IMG/VR virus record: IMGVR_UViG_3300021410_000065
Location: 1-59,479 of that record
Strand: one strand, 5' to 3'
Origin: a virus
Lineage: Duplodnaviria; Caudoviricetes
DNA: 59,479 nt
The stretch's first letter is position 1, and the number at the start of each line of letters is the position of its first letter. The position numbers and the translations under genes were made by a program. Below are positions 16,757 to 26,943 of this stretch, in pieces. Under the pieces are notes generated by a model. The model searched no databases. It was not told where the DNA came from and worked only from the letters and a program-made list of their open reading frames with translations.

Positions 16757-17174
16757 GTTTGTCTCCCAAGAAACGGCACTCTTCGTAGAGCATGCCGAGA
16801 ATGATTCCGTCTTCCCCGCCGAAGGCGCGACGTATCACCCCCTCCTGCTTGAAGCCCAAGCCGAGATCCATCCGGATCGCAGCTTCGTTGGTTGCGCGAA
16901 CCAAACCGGTGACGCGCGCAAGGCGCCATTGCACGAATGGCACCCAAAAGACTGTGCGAAGGAACTCTCGCGACAAGAAGCGACGGCTGCCGTCAGAGGC
17001 GACGTGCAGCATGCAGTTGAAGTCCGTAATCCCGTCGTACACGACCACGCCGAGGATCCGGCCGTCGCCGCTGATGCTGGCGACGCATTTGGTCGAGGGG
17101 CCATGCTCGAACTTCTCGCCCAAGCAGTCCGACGCAAACCGGAAGTACTCCGGCCGCTGGGTACCGTCAATCAT
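16746..17174 (-). CDS. GNAT-fold acetyltransferase
   Basis: RVTGLVRATNEAAIRMDLGLGFKQEGVIR. Confidence 0.82.
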   Translation of the reverse strand: MIDGTQRPEYFRFASDCLGEKFEHGPSTKCVASISGDGRILGVVVYDGITDFNCMLHVASDGSRRFLSREFLRTVFWVPFVQWRLARVTGLVRATNEAAIRMDLGLGFKQEGVIRRAFGGEDGIILGMLYEECRFLGDKHGR

Positions 17175-17391
17175 CCGTCGCCTCGGCGACAGCCGGCGGC
17201 GCGAACTGATCCAATGCGGCAGCGACCGCGCTTTCGATCGCCTTGTTGTTGGCCGCCGTTTGTGCTTCGTCGTGGGCTTTCAGCGCGTGCGCGACCGTCA
17301 TCATCAGCCCAGCTGCGAGCTCATGACTCAGCGTGTTTCCCAGATTCGCCCGCAGGGCCTTATCGATTGATTCAAGCATTGTCGTGTCCAT
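17167..17391 (-). CDS. Hypothetical protein
   Basis: Coupled to the GNAT gene; protein-like composition. Confidence 0.6.
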   Translation of the reverse strand: MDTTMLESIDKALRANLGNTLSHELAAGLMMTVAHALKAHDEAQTAANNKAIESAVAAALDQFAPPAVAEATDD

Positions 17392-17414
17392 AAAAAAACC
17401 GCCTCAGCGGCGGT
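17392..17414 (-). terminator. Intrinsic terminator
   Basis: ACCGCC-GCTGA-GGCGG followed by T7 on the minus strand. Confidence 0.7.
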
Positions 17415-17602
17415 CAATTCTTCGGGTAGGTCTTTTTCACTTCATCGACGGCATCGATCCATAGGTCGACCTCCGGCGGCATCTGCTCGCCTCGGGCGCG
17501 CAGCTGTGAGGCAAGCTTGTATACGGCGTCCAACTGTTCTCCAATCTCTGGATACTCAGCGCGCCGGCGAGCGGCATAGTCGCCCTTATGATGGATTTTC
17601 AA
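17414..17602 (-). CDS. Small tail-fibre-associated protein
   Basis: RRRAEYPEIGEQLDAVYK...VKKTYPK motif, typical of genes downstream of fibres. Confidence 0.7.
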   Translation of the reverse strand: MKIHHKGDYAARRRAEYPEIGEQLDAVYKLASQLRARGEQMPPEVDLWIDAVDEVKKTYPKN

Positions 17603-17972
17603 CAGTGAACTCCATATCTTGGAACGGGAACGCTCGGATCCGGACGATGTAGGTGCCGGGAAACGCGAAAGACAGATCGATGTCGCTGCCGTCCGCCGCG
17701 TATTGCTCGTCCTCGATCGTGATCAGCGCACCCGCTGGCACACCGCGTAGCAACGATCCCGATCGTTCGATTGCGAGCGCAGGCCGCGCTTTCGGCTCGC
17801 CGTTCGCGAAATACGTCTTTGCCCTGTCGAACACACCGGGTACATAGTCCTGATACCGGCCAAGTTCTTTGGTGACGCGCGCACTGTTGCGATCCATCGT
17901 CGCATTTAGCGTAACTTCGCCTTGCTCGTCGTAAAACGTCCAAGCTTGCGCGGACAGAGTTTCGTCGATCAT
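17586..17972 (-). CDS. Tail-associated hypothetical protein
   Basis: Coupled ORF downstream of the fibre gene. Confidence 0.65.
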   Translation of the reverse strand: MIDETLSAQAWTFYDEQGEVTLNATMDRNSARVTKELGRYQDYVPGVFDRAKTYFANGEPKARPALAIERSGSLLRGVPAGALITIEDEQYAADGSDIDLSFAFPGTYIVRIRAFPFQDMEFTVENPS

Positions 17973-17979
17973 CTATTTC

Positions 17980-19902
17980 CTATCGCATGATGCCCAGCAT
18001 CGCGATGCGGGCGTAAATCTGGCTTGAGCCACCGATGCGCAATGCCTCCACTGCAAACTGCAGCGGACCGCTCACACCGGCTTGCGTGATGTAGACCTGA
18101 TAGCCGGTTGTTATCGAGCCACCCCCACCGTTCACGTTCGGCTTGAAGTCCGTATCTCGCAACTGTCGGTTCGGCATGAAGTTGCCGCCGATGTAGGCCG
18201 GTTGAGTTTGCCCTGCCACGATCCCGCCCAGGCGAATCTCATAGATCACAAGCAGCGTGCATGGATATGGCGCGTTGATCGCCAGGGTGACGGAGTTGTT
18301 GCCGGTGGCGCCACCGTATTCCTGGCCAGCCTCGCCAGACGCCGCAACGACCACAGACATTCCGGCCAGCTTGATCGTGTCCACGGCCAAGTCCTGAATG
18401 TTGGCCCGTTTGATATACGCCGTAGCAACGTTCAAAAGATTGGCTGCCATGGTGTTGGCCTCAACGCGATCACCGTGCATCTGACCGAAGGTCACCTTCC
18501 CGGCATCGAGGCTTTCGATATTCGCGCTCCGAATGTAGGCCCAGCCCACATTCAACAGGTTGGCCGCCATCGAGCCGGCCTCGACGCGATCGCCGCTCAT
18601 CTGCCCGAAATTCACCTTGGCAGCATTCAGGCTCACGATGTTTGCGTCTGCTACGTACGCCTGCGTTAGGATCGCCAGGCGGGCCGCCAGCGTGTTGGTC
18701 GTAAGGCGGTCAGCGTTGAGCGTGTTTGCCGCGATACGATCGCCGGACATCTCGCCGAAGGTGACCTTTACCGCAGAGAGATTGGCAATGCGGGCGTCAT
18801 CGATGGCCGCCAAGCCGATCTTGGCGCGGCTGATGGCGGCATCCGCGATCATCGCATTGGCGATCACCGTGGTGGACACGCCATCTACCGGCGCCTGCGC
18901 AAAGACAACCTTCGGCGTTTGGCCCGGCGCCGTTGGCGGCACCACCGAAAAGCGATCAGCGACAATCGCAAACTCGCTGAACGGGACTCCGTTGCGCTCT
19001 GTTGAGGCGAAACCAAATCCCGTGACCCGGCCATTCACCTGAGTCTTTACGGTCCACTGCGCGAGCAGACCACCGTCGGTCGATGCCCGCACGATCGACT
19101 CCTGCTCGAGCGCGGCCATCAACGTCTCGTTGTCTTGCGTGAATTGCGCCACCCACTGTGTGAGTGATCGTGCCACGGCGTCATCGCCCTCGGCACGTGC
19201 TTCGGATTCCGCCGAGATTCGGGCGGCAACGGATCCGGGCATTTCGCCATCGATCAGGTCGATTCGGTCGCGCAGCCCCTTAATCAATTGCGACTCGCCG
19301 ATCTGCCCATTCAGCAGATCCAGCACATAGTCGGGGTTCAGCGACACCTTGCCCTCAACACCCGATACCCCGTGGTACGGGCCGACCTTATCGCCGACGC
19401 TGATGAATCGCACCCAGTAGTAGTACGTGGTACCGCTGCCCACCTGTCCATCGGCAAAGAGCCATGCCGTCGTGTCGCCCACTTTCTGCGCGGTAGCCAG
19501 ATTGTTCGTAGTGCTGCGGAATACCTCGGCATAGCCGAAGTAGTTGAACGCCGGCTTATCCCATTGAACAATAACGCTGGCCAGCCCGGTCATCACCGTC
19601 ACGTTCGTTGGCGCCGGCGGCACGCCGTCTACCACTTCCGGGAGCGGCGGCAAAAAGGTGCCACCAGGCGGAACGACCAGCGGCCGGCCGTTCGGGCCAA
19701 CCATTGACGCAAAGCCGTTTTCGACCAGATCGCCCCACGTAACCGCCTTGTCGAGCTGCTGGCCACCCTTTCCAAACCGGATGTCCAGCATCTTCCGAAC
19801 CGCGTCGAGCATCTGCGTGGCCGACGGATCCCCCGCCAGCCGCGCAGCAGGGATCGCCGGCAAGTCTGCATAACGGATGCCGGTCTTTTTCGAGACTGCC
19901 AT
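17980..19902 (-). CDS. Tail tip/host-specificity fibre (FN3-like, DUF1983-like, internal repeats)
   Basis: PPAPTNV...YYYWVRFIS; WTVKTQVNGRVTGFG..SEFAIVADRF; IADAAISRAKI. Confidence 0.8.
   Translation of the reverse strand: MAVSKKTGIRYADLPAIPAARLAGDPSATQMLDAVRKMLDIRFGKGGQQLDKAVTWGDLVENGFASMVGPNGRPLVVPPGGTFLPPLPEVVDGVPPAPTNVTVMTGLASVIVQWDKPAFNYFGYAEVFRSTTNNLATAQKVGDTTAWLFADGQVGSGTTYYYWVRFISVGDKVGPYHGVSGVEGKVSLNPDYVLDLLNGQIGESQLIKGLRDRIDLIDGEMPGSVAARISAESEARAEGDDAVARSLTQWVAQFTQDNETLMAALEQESIVRASTDGGLLAQWTVKTQVNGRVTGFGFASTERNGVPFSEFAIVADRFSVVPPTAPGQTPKVVFAQAPVDGVSTTVIANAMIADAAISRAKIGLAAIDDARIANLSAVKVTFGEMSGDRIAANTLNADRLTTNTLAARLAILTQAYVADANIVSLNAAKVNFGQMSGDRVEAGSMAANLLNVGWAYIRSANIESLDAGKVTFGQMHGDRVEANTMAANLLNVATAYIKRANIQDLAVDTIKLAGMSVVVAASGEAGQEYGGATGNNSVTLAINAPYPCTLLVIYEIRLGGIVAGQTQPAYIGGNFMPNRQLRDTDFKPNVNGGGGSITTGYQVYITQAGVSGPLQFAVEALRIGGSSQIYARIAMLGIMR
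18400..18800 (-). repeat. Three 40-50 aa repeats in the fibre gene
   Basis: KVTFGEMSGDRI / KVNFGQMSGDRV / KVTFGQMHGDRV at 150- and 120-nt spacing. Confidence 0.8.
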
Positions 19903-19904
19903 TG

Positions 19905-21560
19905 CTACTCTGCCGTGACGTTTGCCAACGTGGAAGCCAAGGTCACCTCACGCACGGCGTTGGGGCCGGAGACAGTGAACTCAAACTCGCGTGCCCGGTA
20001 GTTACCCAGTAAACGAAATGGGCGGCCATTCACCGCCGTGCGATCGACCTGCAGCGTCTGCGGGCCGGCGTCCGTTTCGATCGTGCATGTCAGGCGGAAC
20101 GGCACCGGATAGGCGTCCGCAACGACCATTGCTGCGCCCACGTTCTGCGCGCGCTCCAGGATGAACCGCTTACTGCGCCATGACATGGCGAGCGGCTGGG
20201 CGCCAGCATCCCATTTGTAGAGATTGCCGTCCGCCTGCACGATGAACAGTTCGTCGCGGCGGCCGTCGGCATACGCCGCCGTGGCGTATACGTCCGTTTC
20301 CACCAACTCGAGCGTACCCGCGCCGAGATTCAGAATCAGGCCACCACGTTTCGCCCCGGTGTCATACCAGCAGAAATACCGGCCGTCGTGCGCTGCCGCA
20401 TGCATCGACTCAGGTTTGTAGGCCTGCCACTCATCGCGCGTCATCAGGCCCTCAGTCACGACACTCATCACGCCGGTGGGGCTCACCATCACCAAGCCGT
20501 CTGGCGACGCATAGGCGACGCCGCCGGCAAGCGCTTGGATACTTCGCTTCGACACGCACGGCTGCCATCCATCCAATTGGACAGGCACGAACGTCTGTGG
20601 GTCCGACTGGGTGGCGAAGTATGTGAGACCCTTCGTGCAGATGACTGTGCCCTGGCCCAGGATGGCACCGCCGACGATGTCGTCCGCCACCGGTGAAAAG
20701 TGCGGCCAGCCGTAGGGCTTGAATACCTCGGAGCGATAGACCCGCTTGCCGGAGAAACCGACCATGAATCCGGCCGGGTGAGACATAAGCCCAAAGAGAT
20801 TCTCGGGCGGCGGGATCAGCGCCGCATCCGGCAGCGCCTCACCGAGCATGGTGGTGTCCACCACACCTCTGTACGTCACTGCGCCGGCCGGCACCTCAGC
20901 CCAGTAACGCAGGACGGCGGTACCGGTCGCGTCCGTGACAGAGAGGTACAGGCGCTTGCGCGTCACGTTGTAAGCGCCCGCCGGCGGCCCTTCCATGTTG
21001 AACACATTGAGCGTATCGCCGCTCATAAGGTTCACCGGGTCGCTGACGGCGTTCGGCGGCCCTTCTTCGTCCCATCCAGTCACGAACGTGTAGGCCAGAA
21101 GGCACGCCTGCGCATCCTCGCGATCCGAGTTGCCCACCGCCTGCGTGACCGTCAGCGTCGCGCGCGCCGTCGGCGCCGGCACGCCCAGCCGATACGCAAT
21201 GGTAGGCATGTTGGCGTCACCCGTGGCCATCGTGGCATCCGTCACCATGGGCGGCTTCCCGGCTTCCGTAAAGTATGTTCGCTCCTGCGTGTCGTCCACG
21301 ATCGGGCCGCGCGCCACGTCAGTATCGTTCAACCAGTGAAACCAGAACCGCGCATCGTCGTCCAGGCCCTTCCCAAAGCGGTAGATCGCGCGCTTGCTGC
21401 CCAGCTTACCGAGCGCAGTGACCAACTGAGGCTGGCGGAAGGCACCGATCTTTCCGGACCATAGACGTGCGTTGAGCGCGTGCTGCGCGGCTGTATCCGG
21501 CAGCAGATGCGGCTCGACACGCGGCTGCATGCCACCGAATGCCTTCAGCGGGATCCTCAC
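19905..21560 (-). CDS. Tail nozzle/tube (head-stabilisation) protein
   Basis: FGGMQPRVEPHLLP..AQHALN start, beta-rich, GCVSKRS-like motif, ends WRSKRF. Confidence 0.72.
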   Translation of the reverse strand: MRIPLKAFGGMQPRVEPHLLPDTAAQHALNARLWSGKIGAFRQPQLVTALGKLGSKRAIYRFGKGLDDDARFWFHWLNDTDVARGPIVDDTQERTYFTEAGKPPMVTDATMATGDANMPTIAYRLGVPAPTARATLTVTQAVGNSDREDAQACLLAYTFVTGWDEEGPPNAVSDPVNLMSGDTLNVFNMEGPPAGAYNVTRKRLYLSVTDATGTAVLRYWAEVPAGAVTYRGVVDTTMLGEALPDAALIPPPENLFGLMSHPAGFMVGFSGKRVYRSEVFKPYGWPHFSPVADDIVGGAILGQGTVICTKGLTYFATQSDPQTFVPVQLDGWQPCVSKRSIQALAGGVAYASPDGLVMVSPTGVMSVVTEGLMTRDEWQAYKPESMHAAAHDGRYFCWYDTGAKRGGLILNLGAGTLELVETDVYATAAYADGRRDELFIVQADGNLYKWDAGAQPLAMSWRSKRFILERAQNVGAAMVVADAYPVPFRLTCTIETDAGPQTLQVDRTAVNGRPFRLLGNYRAREFEFTVSGPNAVREVTLASTLANVTAE

Positions 21561-22174
21561 GTCGCGCCATCCGTCGCCGGTGCCGCGGTGACGCCCGAAA
21601 GCTCATTGAGCTGATCGATCGCCTCATCCCGTTCTTTGGTGACGTCCAAGAGCAGTTTCTTCACGCGCGCGTCCTCACGCCCAAGTTCAGCGATTGAGTG
21701 CGCTTGCCGCTCGAGCTGGGCCGCATCTTCGGCAGCCTGCTGCTTGAGCTTGGCTGCAACGCCCTTCTCTTCTGCCGCAGCCTGCTGCGCGGCCGCCAGG
21801 TCAGTGCTCAGGCGCGAGACCGTCTTGTCGAAAAGACTCTGCTGCTCTGCCAATTTCGCCGCATGCGCAGCTTTGAGTTCCGTCACTGCGGTCGTGTGAG
21901 CGTCAGAATTTGAGGCCGCTTCGTCACGCAGTCGAGCCGCTTCCTTTTCCAATTCGCCCACTTTCGCCACCAGTGCGACGTTCGCCTGGCCAAGAATAGC
22001 CACAAGCGTGGGATCATCCAACGAGTTCGTCCGCATGCTCGCCGAGTTGATGATCGGCGGTAAGCCGGGAAACGGCGCGGGCGTCTCCACGAGCACGGTC
22101 AACTCGGCGTTGTCGAATTGGACGACGTTGTCCGCTTTCGCGAAATTCAGCACTACTTTCGATAGGTCAGCCAT
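21557..22174 (-). CDS. Coiled-coil hypothetical protein
   Basis: Ala/Glu/Lys-rich helices; start MADLSK overlaps the fibre stop. Confidence 0.65.
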   Translation of the reverse strand: MADLSKVVLNFAKADNVVQFDNAELTVLVETPAPFPGLPPIINSASMRTNSLDDPTLVAILGQANVALVAKVGELEKEAARLRDEAASNSDAHTTAVTELKAAHAAKLAEQQSLFDKTVSRLSTDLAAAQQAAAEEKGVAAKLKQQAAEDAAQLERQAHSIAELGREDARVKKLLLDVTKERDEAIDQLNELSGVTAAPATDGAT

Positions 22175-24848
22175 TCTGGCGCTCCAGTTCTTCAACGCGC
22201 TGAGTCAGCAAGCGCAGTTTTTCATTCAATTCTTGATTGGCCTTCAAGGCCAGCATGAGCAGCGGCATCGTCACGGGCATCTTCGTCCCGTCCGAAAGCG
22301 TCTGCACGAACGTGGAGTCGATCGCTTCCATGTCCTGCGCCATCGCACCGATCGAATACTCGAGCGTCGGATCCATGCCCGAGTCCGCGCGGTAAAAGAA
22401 CGAGAAAAACCGAAAGAGGTCAATCACGCCGAGCGCGCTGGCCGTCGACGGCTTGATGTTCTTCTTCTTGTTTCGATCCGAGACGTTGTAGGAAACGCCG
22501 CGCGCCACGCCATCAGAGGCGAGGATTTCCACGTACGACCCGCCATGTGCGACACGCTGTACGCCCGATGACACCGGAATCTCGATGTAGTTGCCCGAAG
22601 AGCTTTGGCGCATGTAGGGTCGCAACGGGTTGTTGCCGAAGAACCCCATATAATCGGCCCCGTCTCGGATCACACGTGCCGTGACTTGAGCTTGGAGGTC
22701 ATTGGTGATTGCCGTGGTTGCCGGGTTCGGCAGCGCGGTGGTGTCCCAGAATCGGCGATCGGTGTTCGCGTTCCCGTCGATCCGAACTACGACGCCAGTG
22801 CCGTTCCAGTATTGATCGATGGTATTGCCGGTCAGCGTGTGAACGAGACCGTTACCACCATCGGTACGAGCTTTCACCGAATTCAGCGTGGAGTTCAACG
22901 CGCTGATCGCATCAGCCACGTAGAAGCCAAGCCCCGGCACCATGGCGCCGAGGCGGGTCGAATAGATGTTTCCGTCCGGGTTGATCAGCACATAACCGCC
23001 CGAGCGGCTGTAAAGGCCGAGCGTTCCCAGCGTCGTACCGGACGAATCATTCTTGATGCGCCAGTCGAAGTCGGTAGCGTCAGCGGTGGCCATGTCGACA
23101 AACCCGCCATGAACGGAACTTTTGAGATCGACGTGGCCAGGCCCCACCGTAGCGCGTTGGTTTACGTCTGGCCCCACGTTCGCCGATCCCGTAAACACTG
23201 GACTGGCAAGCGGCGCGGCACCCGTGACACGCGCCAAAGGCAGCTGAGGAATCGATGCGAGCGGCAAAGTACCGCCTACTGACTGCAGACGCGCAAATTC
23301 CTGCCAATCGCTGAATGTCGTGGCATTGGTCTGAAAGCGCAGTCCAAGGCGGCCGCCGCCGCTGTAGCTCAAGCCCAACTGTGCGACGTACCCCTGGGTC
23401 GCCCACGGGAACACCTCGATCGCTCCAGCGCCCGCGAATGGCCAGTTCAGCAGCGTCGCGCCGGTGTCATTCCGACTGATCCCGTAATTCGCACCCGGCT
23501 TTGTAAGCGTGTTTGCATCGACCCCATTCGCAAGAAATCCGTCAATGGTGAACTTGCCGCTGTTGGGCCCCGTGTCGGGGACGTCGACAATGCTGTTGTA
23601 CGCGTCGAGGTTCGTGGCCCACTCGACGTCGACTGACTCGCCGCCGTTGGCCTGAGCGATCGTGCTGCGATGGCTGGTCGAATCGAGCACATTGAGTGCA
23701 GGGAAATTCCAGGGCGTTGTGGGTGTGCCCACAATGACGCAACGACGGCCGGTCGAGGTTTCGTTCGCCATCGAGATCGGGATCGGTAACGTGCCGTACT
23801 GGCTTTGGTACAGCGTCGCCCAACTTCCGCTTGCCTGACCGTTCGTGTGGTAAAGACTCGCCGTAAACTCGCTCACCCCCCGCGTTGCCACGGCACCGTA
23901 GTTGAAGGCGCGGGCGCGCACCGTGTGCATCGCGGTGACGTTCGACAGCTTGATGACGAAACACCCGGTGATCGTTGCAGATGAATTGCTATGCAGCGCC
24001 GCTGGTGCGACAAACGTTCGGCCGTGGTTGCCGGCCATTGCGGTCGCCAAAATCTCGCTGGCGTAATTGAGGCGAAGCGCGGGGTTAAGGCCTGCAACAC
24101 CGCCAGCAACGTTGATGTCGGTCGGCGTCAGAGCCCATGCATCCTCGACAGCCGGCGCGACGTTTGTATACGTCGCCAATTCGGATGCTGTGGGAAACAG
24201 AATGGACCATGCTTTCGCACTGTTATCCGTCAACTGAGCGGCGTTGCCACTGCGTACGAGAGTGGCGACCAGTTCAACTACTGCCACGGACGTCCAAGCT
24301 TGGCCACTTATCGGGCTGAGAATCCAGCACCAATAGCCGTCGGCGTGCTTGGCGCCGAAGACGACCAGCGGAAGCCCGCCGTTGTTGACGTAAGCCAAGG
24401 AACGCGTCCCGTTCGCCGTCGAGTAGTTCCGGAACTGCAGCGTGACGTCCAGCAGCTTGTTAAGCACTGCGGCGTTACCGTTCACGTTGGCGCGCACATG
24501 GCAGGTGGCATCCGCGTCGTCTTGCCACACACCGGTCTTGATGACGATGGAACCTGTGATGGTCCCCACTCTCGAGGCTACCATCGTCGCCGACTTTGCA
24601 GCGCCCGCGCCCCCCGCGTCACGAATGGCCAGCGCATCAGTGTCAGCCGCCACTTTCGAGCGCTGCGCCAAGCTACCGGAGGCGTCAAGTTCGGCGTACC
24701 CGTTCGGCCGGCCCTTGCCGTCCTGAATCGCCGCGGCCGCATCCTTTGCAGCATCGGCCACCTCGGCGATCGCGACGAAGTTGCCATCGACCTCATCGAA
24801 GGTAAGCGCAGCGCCTTTCTGTGCGCGAAGAATCAGTGGAATCGGCAT
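22167..24848 (-). CDS. Tail fibre with C-terminal peptidase S74 chaperone
   Basis: KGAALTFDEVDGNF head-binding start, GVAGL / APLASPVFTG fibre motifs, SDRNKKKNI...IGAMAQD...LKANQEL. Confidence 0.88.
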   Translation of the reverse strand: MPIPLILRAQKGAALTFDEVDGNFVAIAEVADAAKDAAAAIQDGKGRPNGYAELDASGSLAQRSKVAADTDALAIRDAGGAGAAKSATMVASRVGTITGSIVIKTGVWQDDADATCHVRANVNGNAAVLNKLLDVTLQFRNYSTANGTRSLAYVNNGGLPLVVFGAKHADGYWCWILSPISGQAWTSVAVVELVATLVRSGNAAQLTDNSAKAWSILFPTASELATYTNVAPAVEDAWALTPTDINVAGGVAGLNPALRLNYASEILATAMAGNHGRTFVAPAALHSNSSATITGCFVIKLSNVTAMHTVRARAFNYGAVATRGVSEFTASLYHTNGQASGSWATLYQSQYGTLPIPISMANETSTGRRCVIVGTPTTPWNFPALNVLDSTSHRSTIAQANGGESVDVEWATNLDAYNSIVDVPDTGPNSGKFTIDGFLANGVDANTLTKPGANYGISRNDTGATLLNWPFAGAGAIEVFPWATQGYVAQLGLSYSGGGRLGLRFQTNATTFSDWQEFARLQSVGGTLPLASIPQLPLARVTGAAPLASPVFTGSANVGPDVNQRATVGPGHVDLKSSVHGGFVDMATADATDFDWRIKNDSSGTTLGTLGLYSRSGGYVLINPDGNIYSTRLGAMVPGLGFYVADAISALNSTLNSVKARTDGGNGLVHTLTGNTIDQYWNGTGVVVRIDGNANTDRRFWDTTALPNPATTAITNDLQAQVTARVIRDGADYMGFFGNNPLRPYMRQSSSGNYIEIPVSSGVQRVAHGGSYVEILASDGVARGVSYNVSDRNKKKNIKPSTASALGVIDLFRFFSFFYRADSGMDPTLEYSIGAMAQDMEAIDSTFVQTLSDGTKMPVTMPLLMLALKANQELNEKLRLLTQRVEELERQNG

Positions 24849-24851
24849 GTC

Positions 24852-25316
24852 TTACGCAGGCGGATTGATGATGTTGTCCCAGTTGATCGTGATGTGATCG
24901 CCCGGGTCTTTGGTCTTCACGCCGAAAACGGATCGGCATGTCATGCGGCCTGCCGTGGCCGACGTGAACAGGCCTGCCTCGGTGAGCGCGCCAGTGGCGG
25001 TGCCGGGCGGCAACTCGGCGGTATAGGTCACCACGTTGCCGTTGACAGCGGCCGTGACGGCGACACGCGCGCCCAGCTGCGTGCGAAGCGCAGTGTCGCC
25101 GTCGGCGACGGCCGTCGTGCCCGTGCCCACGCCCATGTGCGACACGACGGCTGGCGTGCCAATCATCCGCTCGGCGATAAATGCGCGACCAGCAGTGAGA
25201 ATCCGGTTCTTGACCAGATGGCGTTCGGTCGTGCCATTGGCGCGGCGGATCGTGATGCGCAACTGTCCAGACGGCAGTGCGCCGTCCGACATCGCATCGG
25301 AATGAGTGGGAGTCAT
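24852..25316 (-). CDS. Virion structural protein (collar/fibre-related)
   Basis: HMGVGTGTTA...ALTEAGLF. Confidence 0.7.
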   Translation of the reverse strand: MTPTHSDAMSDGALPSGQLRITIRRANGTTERHLVKNRILTAGRAFIAERMIGTPAVVSHMGVGTGTTAVADGDTALRTQLGARVAVTAAVNGNVVTYTAELPPGTATGALTEAGLFTSATAGRMTCRSVFGVKTKDPGDHITINWDNIINPPA

Positions 25317-25326
25317 GGGCAGTTTC

Positions 25327-25917
25327 CTAGAATGTTGTCGTCGCGGCGACGTAGCCGCGTGTCACGTAGCCATCGGCCACGTAGTCATATTTCACGAGCC
25401 GGCCAACGTCAGCTGCGCGGATTGCCGACTGAATCGCTGTTCGAGCGCGAGTCGCAAGTGCGTCCAGCGCCTCTGCCTCACTTACGACGGCCCGCATGAT
25501 CTTCACAGCGAAAGCATCGACGGCAATCGAGGGTGACGCCAAAACCTGTTTTGCAATCAATTGCACGGCGTCCGCCGCCGGCACGCTATCGGCAAATCGG
25601 GAGCGGGTAATCAGTTTGGTCGAATCGTCCGCCCTGGCTATGCTCGCCAGCGCTGCTCTCACGCGCGTCGTTCGCGCGTCAGCCGCTTCCGCTGCGTCCG
25701 AAAATCGATACTTCATGCGCAAGGCGTCCAACGCCTCGGCTAGATCTATGATCACCGGGTTTAGGCCGAGCGGGTCAAGCTGCGCCGTTACGCGTGCAGC
25801 AACCCATTCGAGAGCCAACGCGAAGACCTCGGTTCCGCGCAGATCGAGCGCGGGAGCTACCACCTCCGCCTCGACCGACCAGACCTCGGCTTCGACGCCT
25901 GGGCGATCAGCCGCCAC
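25327..25917 (-). CDS. Virion structural protein
   Basis: Ala/Asp periodic sequence; likely GTG start at 25917. Confidence 0.6.
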   Translation of the reverse strand: MAADRPGVEAEVWSVEAEVVAPALDLRGTEVFALALEWVAARVTAQLDPLGLNPVIIDLAEALDALRMKYRFSDAAEAADARTTRVRAALASIARADDSTKLITRSRFADSVPAADAVQLIAKQVLASPSIAVDAFAVKIMRAVVSEAEALDALATRARTAIQSAIRAADVGRLVKYDYVADGYVTRGYVAATTTF

Positions 25918-26305
25918 GGAACTGCTCACGCACAGTGAAGCGAACCGTTTCGTACACCGTCTGCACGGTGCCGTCGGGAAACGTCGTTTCGACCTCGCCT
26001 TCAAACTCGCCGGCAGTGTCCAGCGCGTCCGGCAGCCAGCCCATCACGACACGTCCGCCGCGGCCAGGCACGTTGTAGGGCGACTGGGTTTCGACCTCGC
26101 GCGTTTCCGGATTGAGGTAGCCGACGATCGGATAGCAATTCATCGTCGCTTTGAGATCCTCCGCACCGACCTCACGGAAAAGCAGTCGCACCTGCGTGCC
26201 GGCAGCCGACAGGTCCACGGGGCGCTTGCTGATCTGGTCTGTCACCGACAGGATGAGTTGCGGTCGGGTGTCGCCCTGCACCAGCTTAATTTTCTCGGAT
26301 GCCAT
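25907..26305 (-). CDS. BppU-like N-terminal domain protein
   Basis: IKLVQGDTRPQL...PVDLS...GEFEGEVETTFPDG. Confidence 0.7.
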   Translation of the reverse strand: MASEKIKLVQGDTRPQLILSVTDQISKRPVDLSAAGTQVRLLFREVGAEDLKATMNCYPIVGYLNPETREVETQSPYNVPGRGGRVVMGWLPDALDTAGEFEGEVETTFPDGTVQTVYETVRFTVREQFRGG

Positions 26306-26307
26306 GC

Positions 26308-26943
26308 TTAGGCCTTCGCGTTCGGGCTCGTGGCGAGCTTGGTTTGAATTGCGCCTGTCATTGCGCCCTGAAAGAGCGTCAGGTGGTTGGTGGCGCGAGC
26401 GAAGAACGCCGGTACCGTATCGGCCTCTTTCAGGAAGGACCGGTACAGCACAAAGTCGGTGAGCGACGCACCATGCTCGCCCTCAGGAACCAATTCATCG
26501 TCCGCCGCGATCGTCGCTGCGGGCGGCTTGGCGTAGCTGACGGCCACGACCACGCCGTCGCGCGCGGGCGGGTAAACCTCAAACTGCGACGGGCTGCGGT
26601 CGTCGTACAGGTAGTGCCGGATCTCGGCGACGCCAGGCTGCCCACGCCATGAGGGCCGATGGCGATCCAGCACCTTGCCGTCGGCTACGGTCACGCTGCG
26701 GCGACGCGGAGCGGACACGTTATTCACCACCTCGAACAGCCAGCGTGAGCCATTTGGCAGCTTTTGCCTGGCGCCGGCTACCAGCGGCAGGTCTTCGGTG
26801 ACCTCGTACAGATCGGGTCGCAGCTTGTACGCATCAGCCCGCGCATCGGCCAGCCAGCGCATGAGCTCGTCGGCGGTCCAGTAATGGCCGCCTGCGTCCT
26901 GGATGATGTCGCGTGCCCGCGTAATGATGTCGCTGGCTTTCAT
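26308..26943 (-). CDS. Head-tail adaptor protein
   Basis: IITRARDIIQD...WTADELMRWL...FEVYPP. Confidence 0.75.
   Translation of the reverse strand: MKASDIITRARDIIQDAGGHYWTADELMRWLADARADAYKLRPDLYEVTEDLPLVAGARQKLPNGSRWLFEVVNNVSAPRRRSVTVADGKVLDRHRPSWRGQPGVAEIRHYLYDDRSPSQFEVYPPARDGVVVAVSYAKPPAATIAADDELVPEGEHGASLTDFVLYRSFLKEADTVPAFFARATNHLTLFQGAMTGAIQTKLATSPNAKA

Noticed and set aside
17980-24848. BPP-1-like diversity-generating retroelement, suggested by tRNA-His integration
   Set aside because: No reverse-transcriptase ORF and no TR/VR pair differing at adenines was seen.
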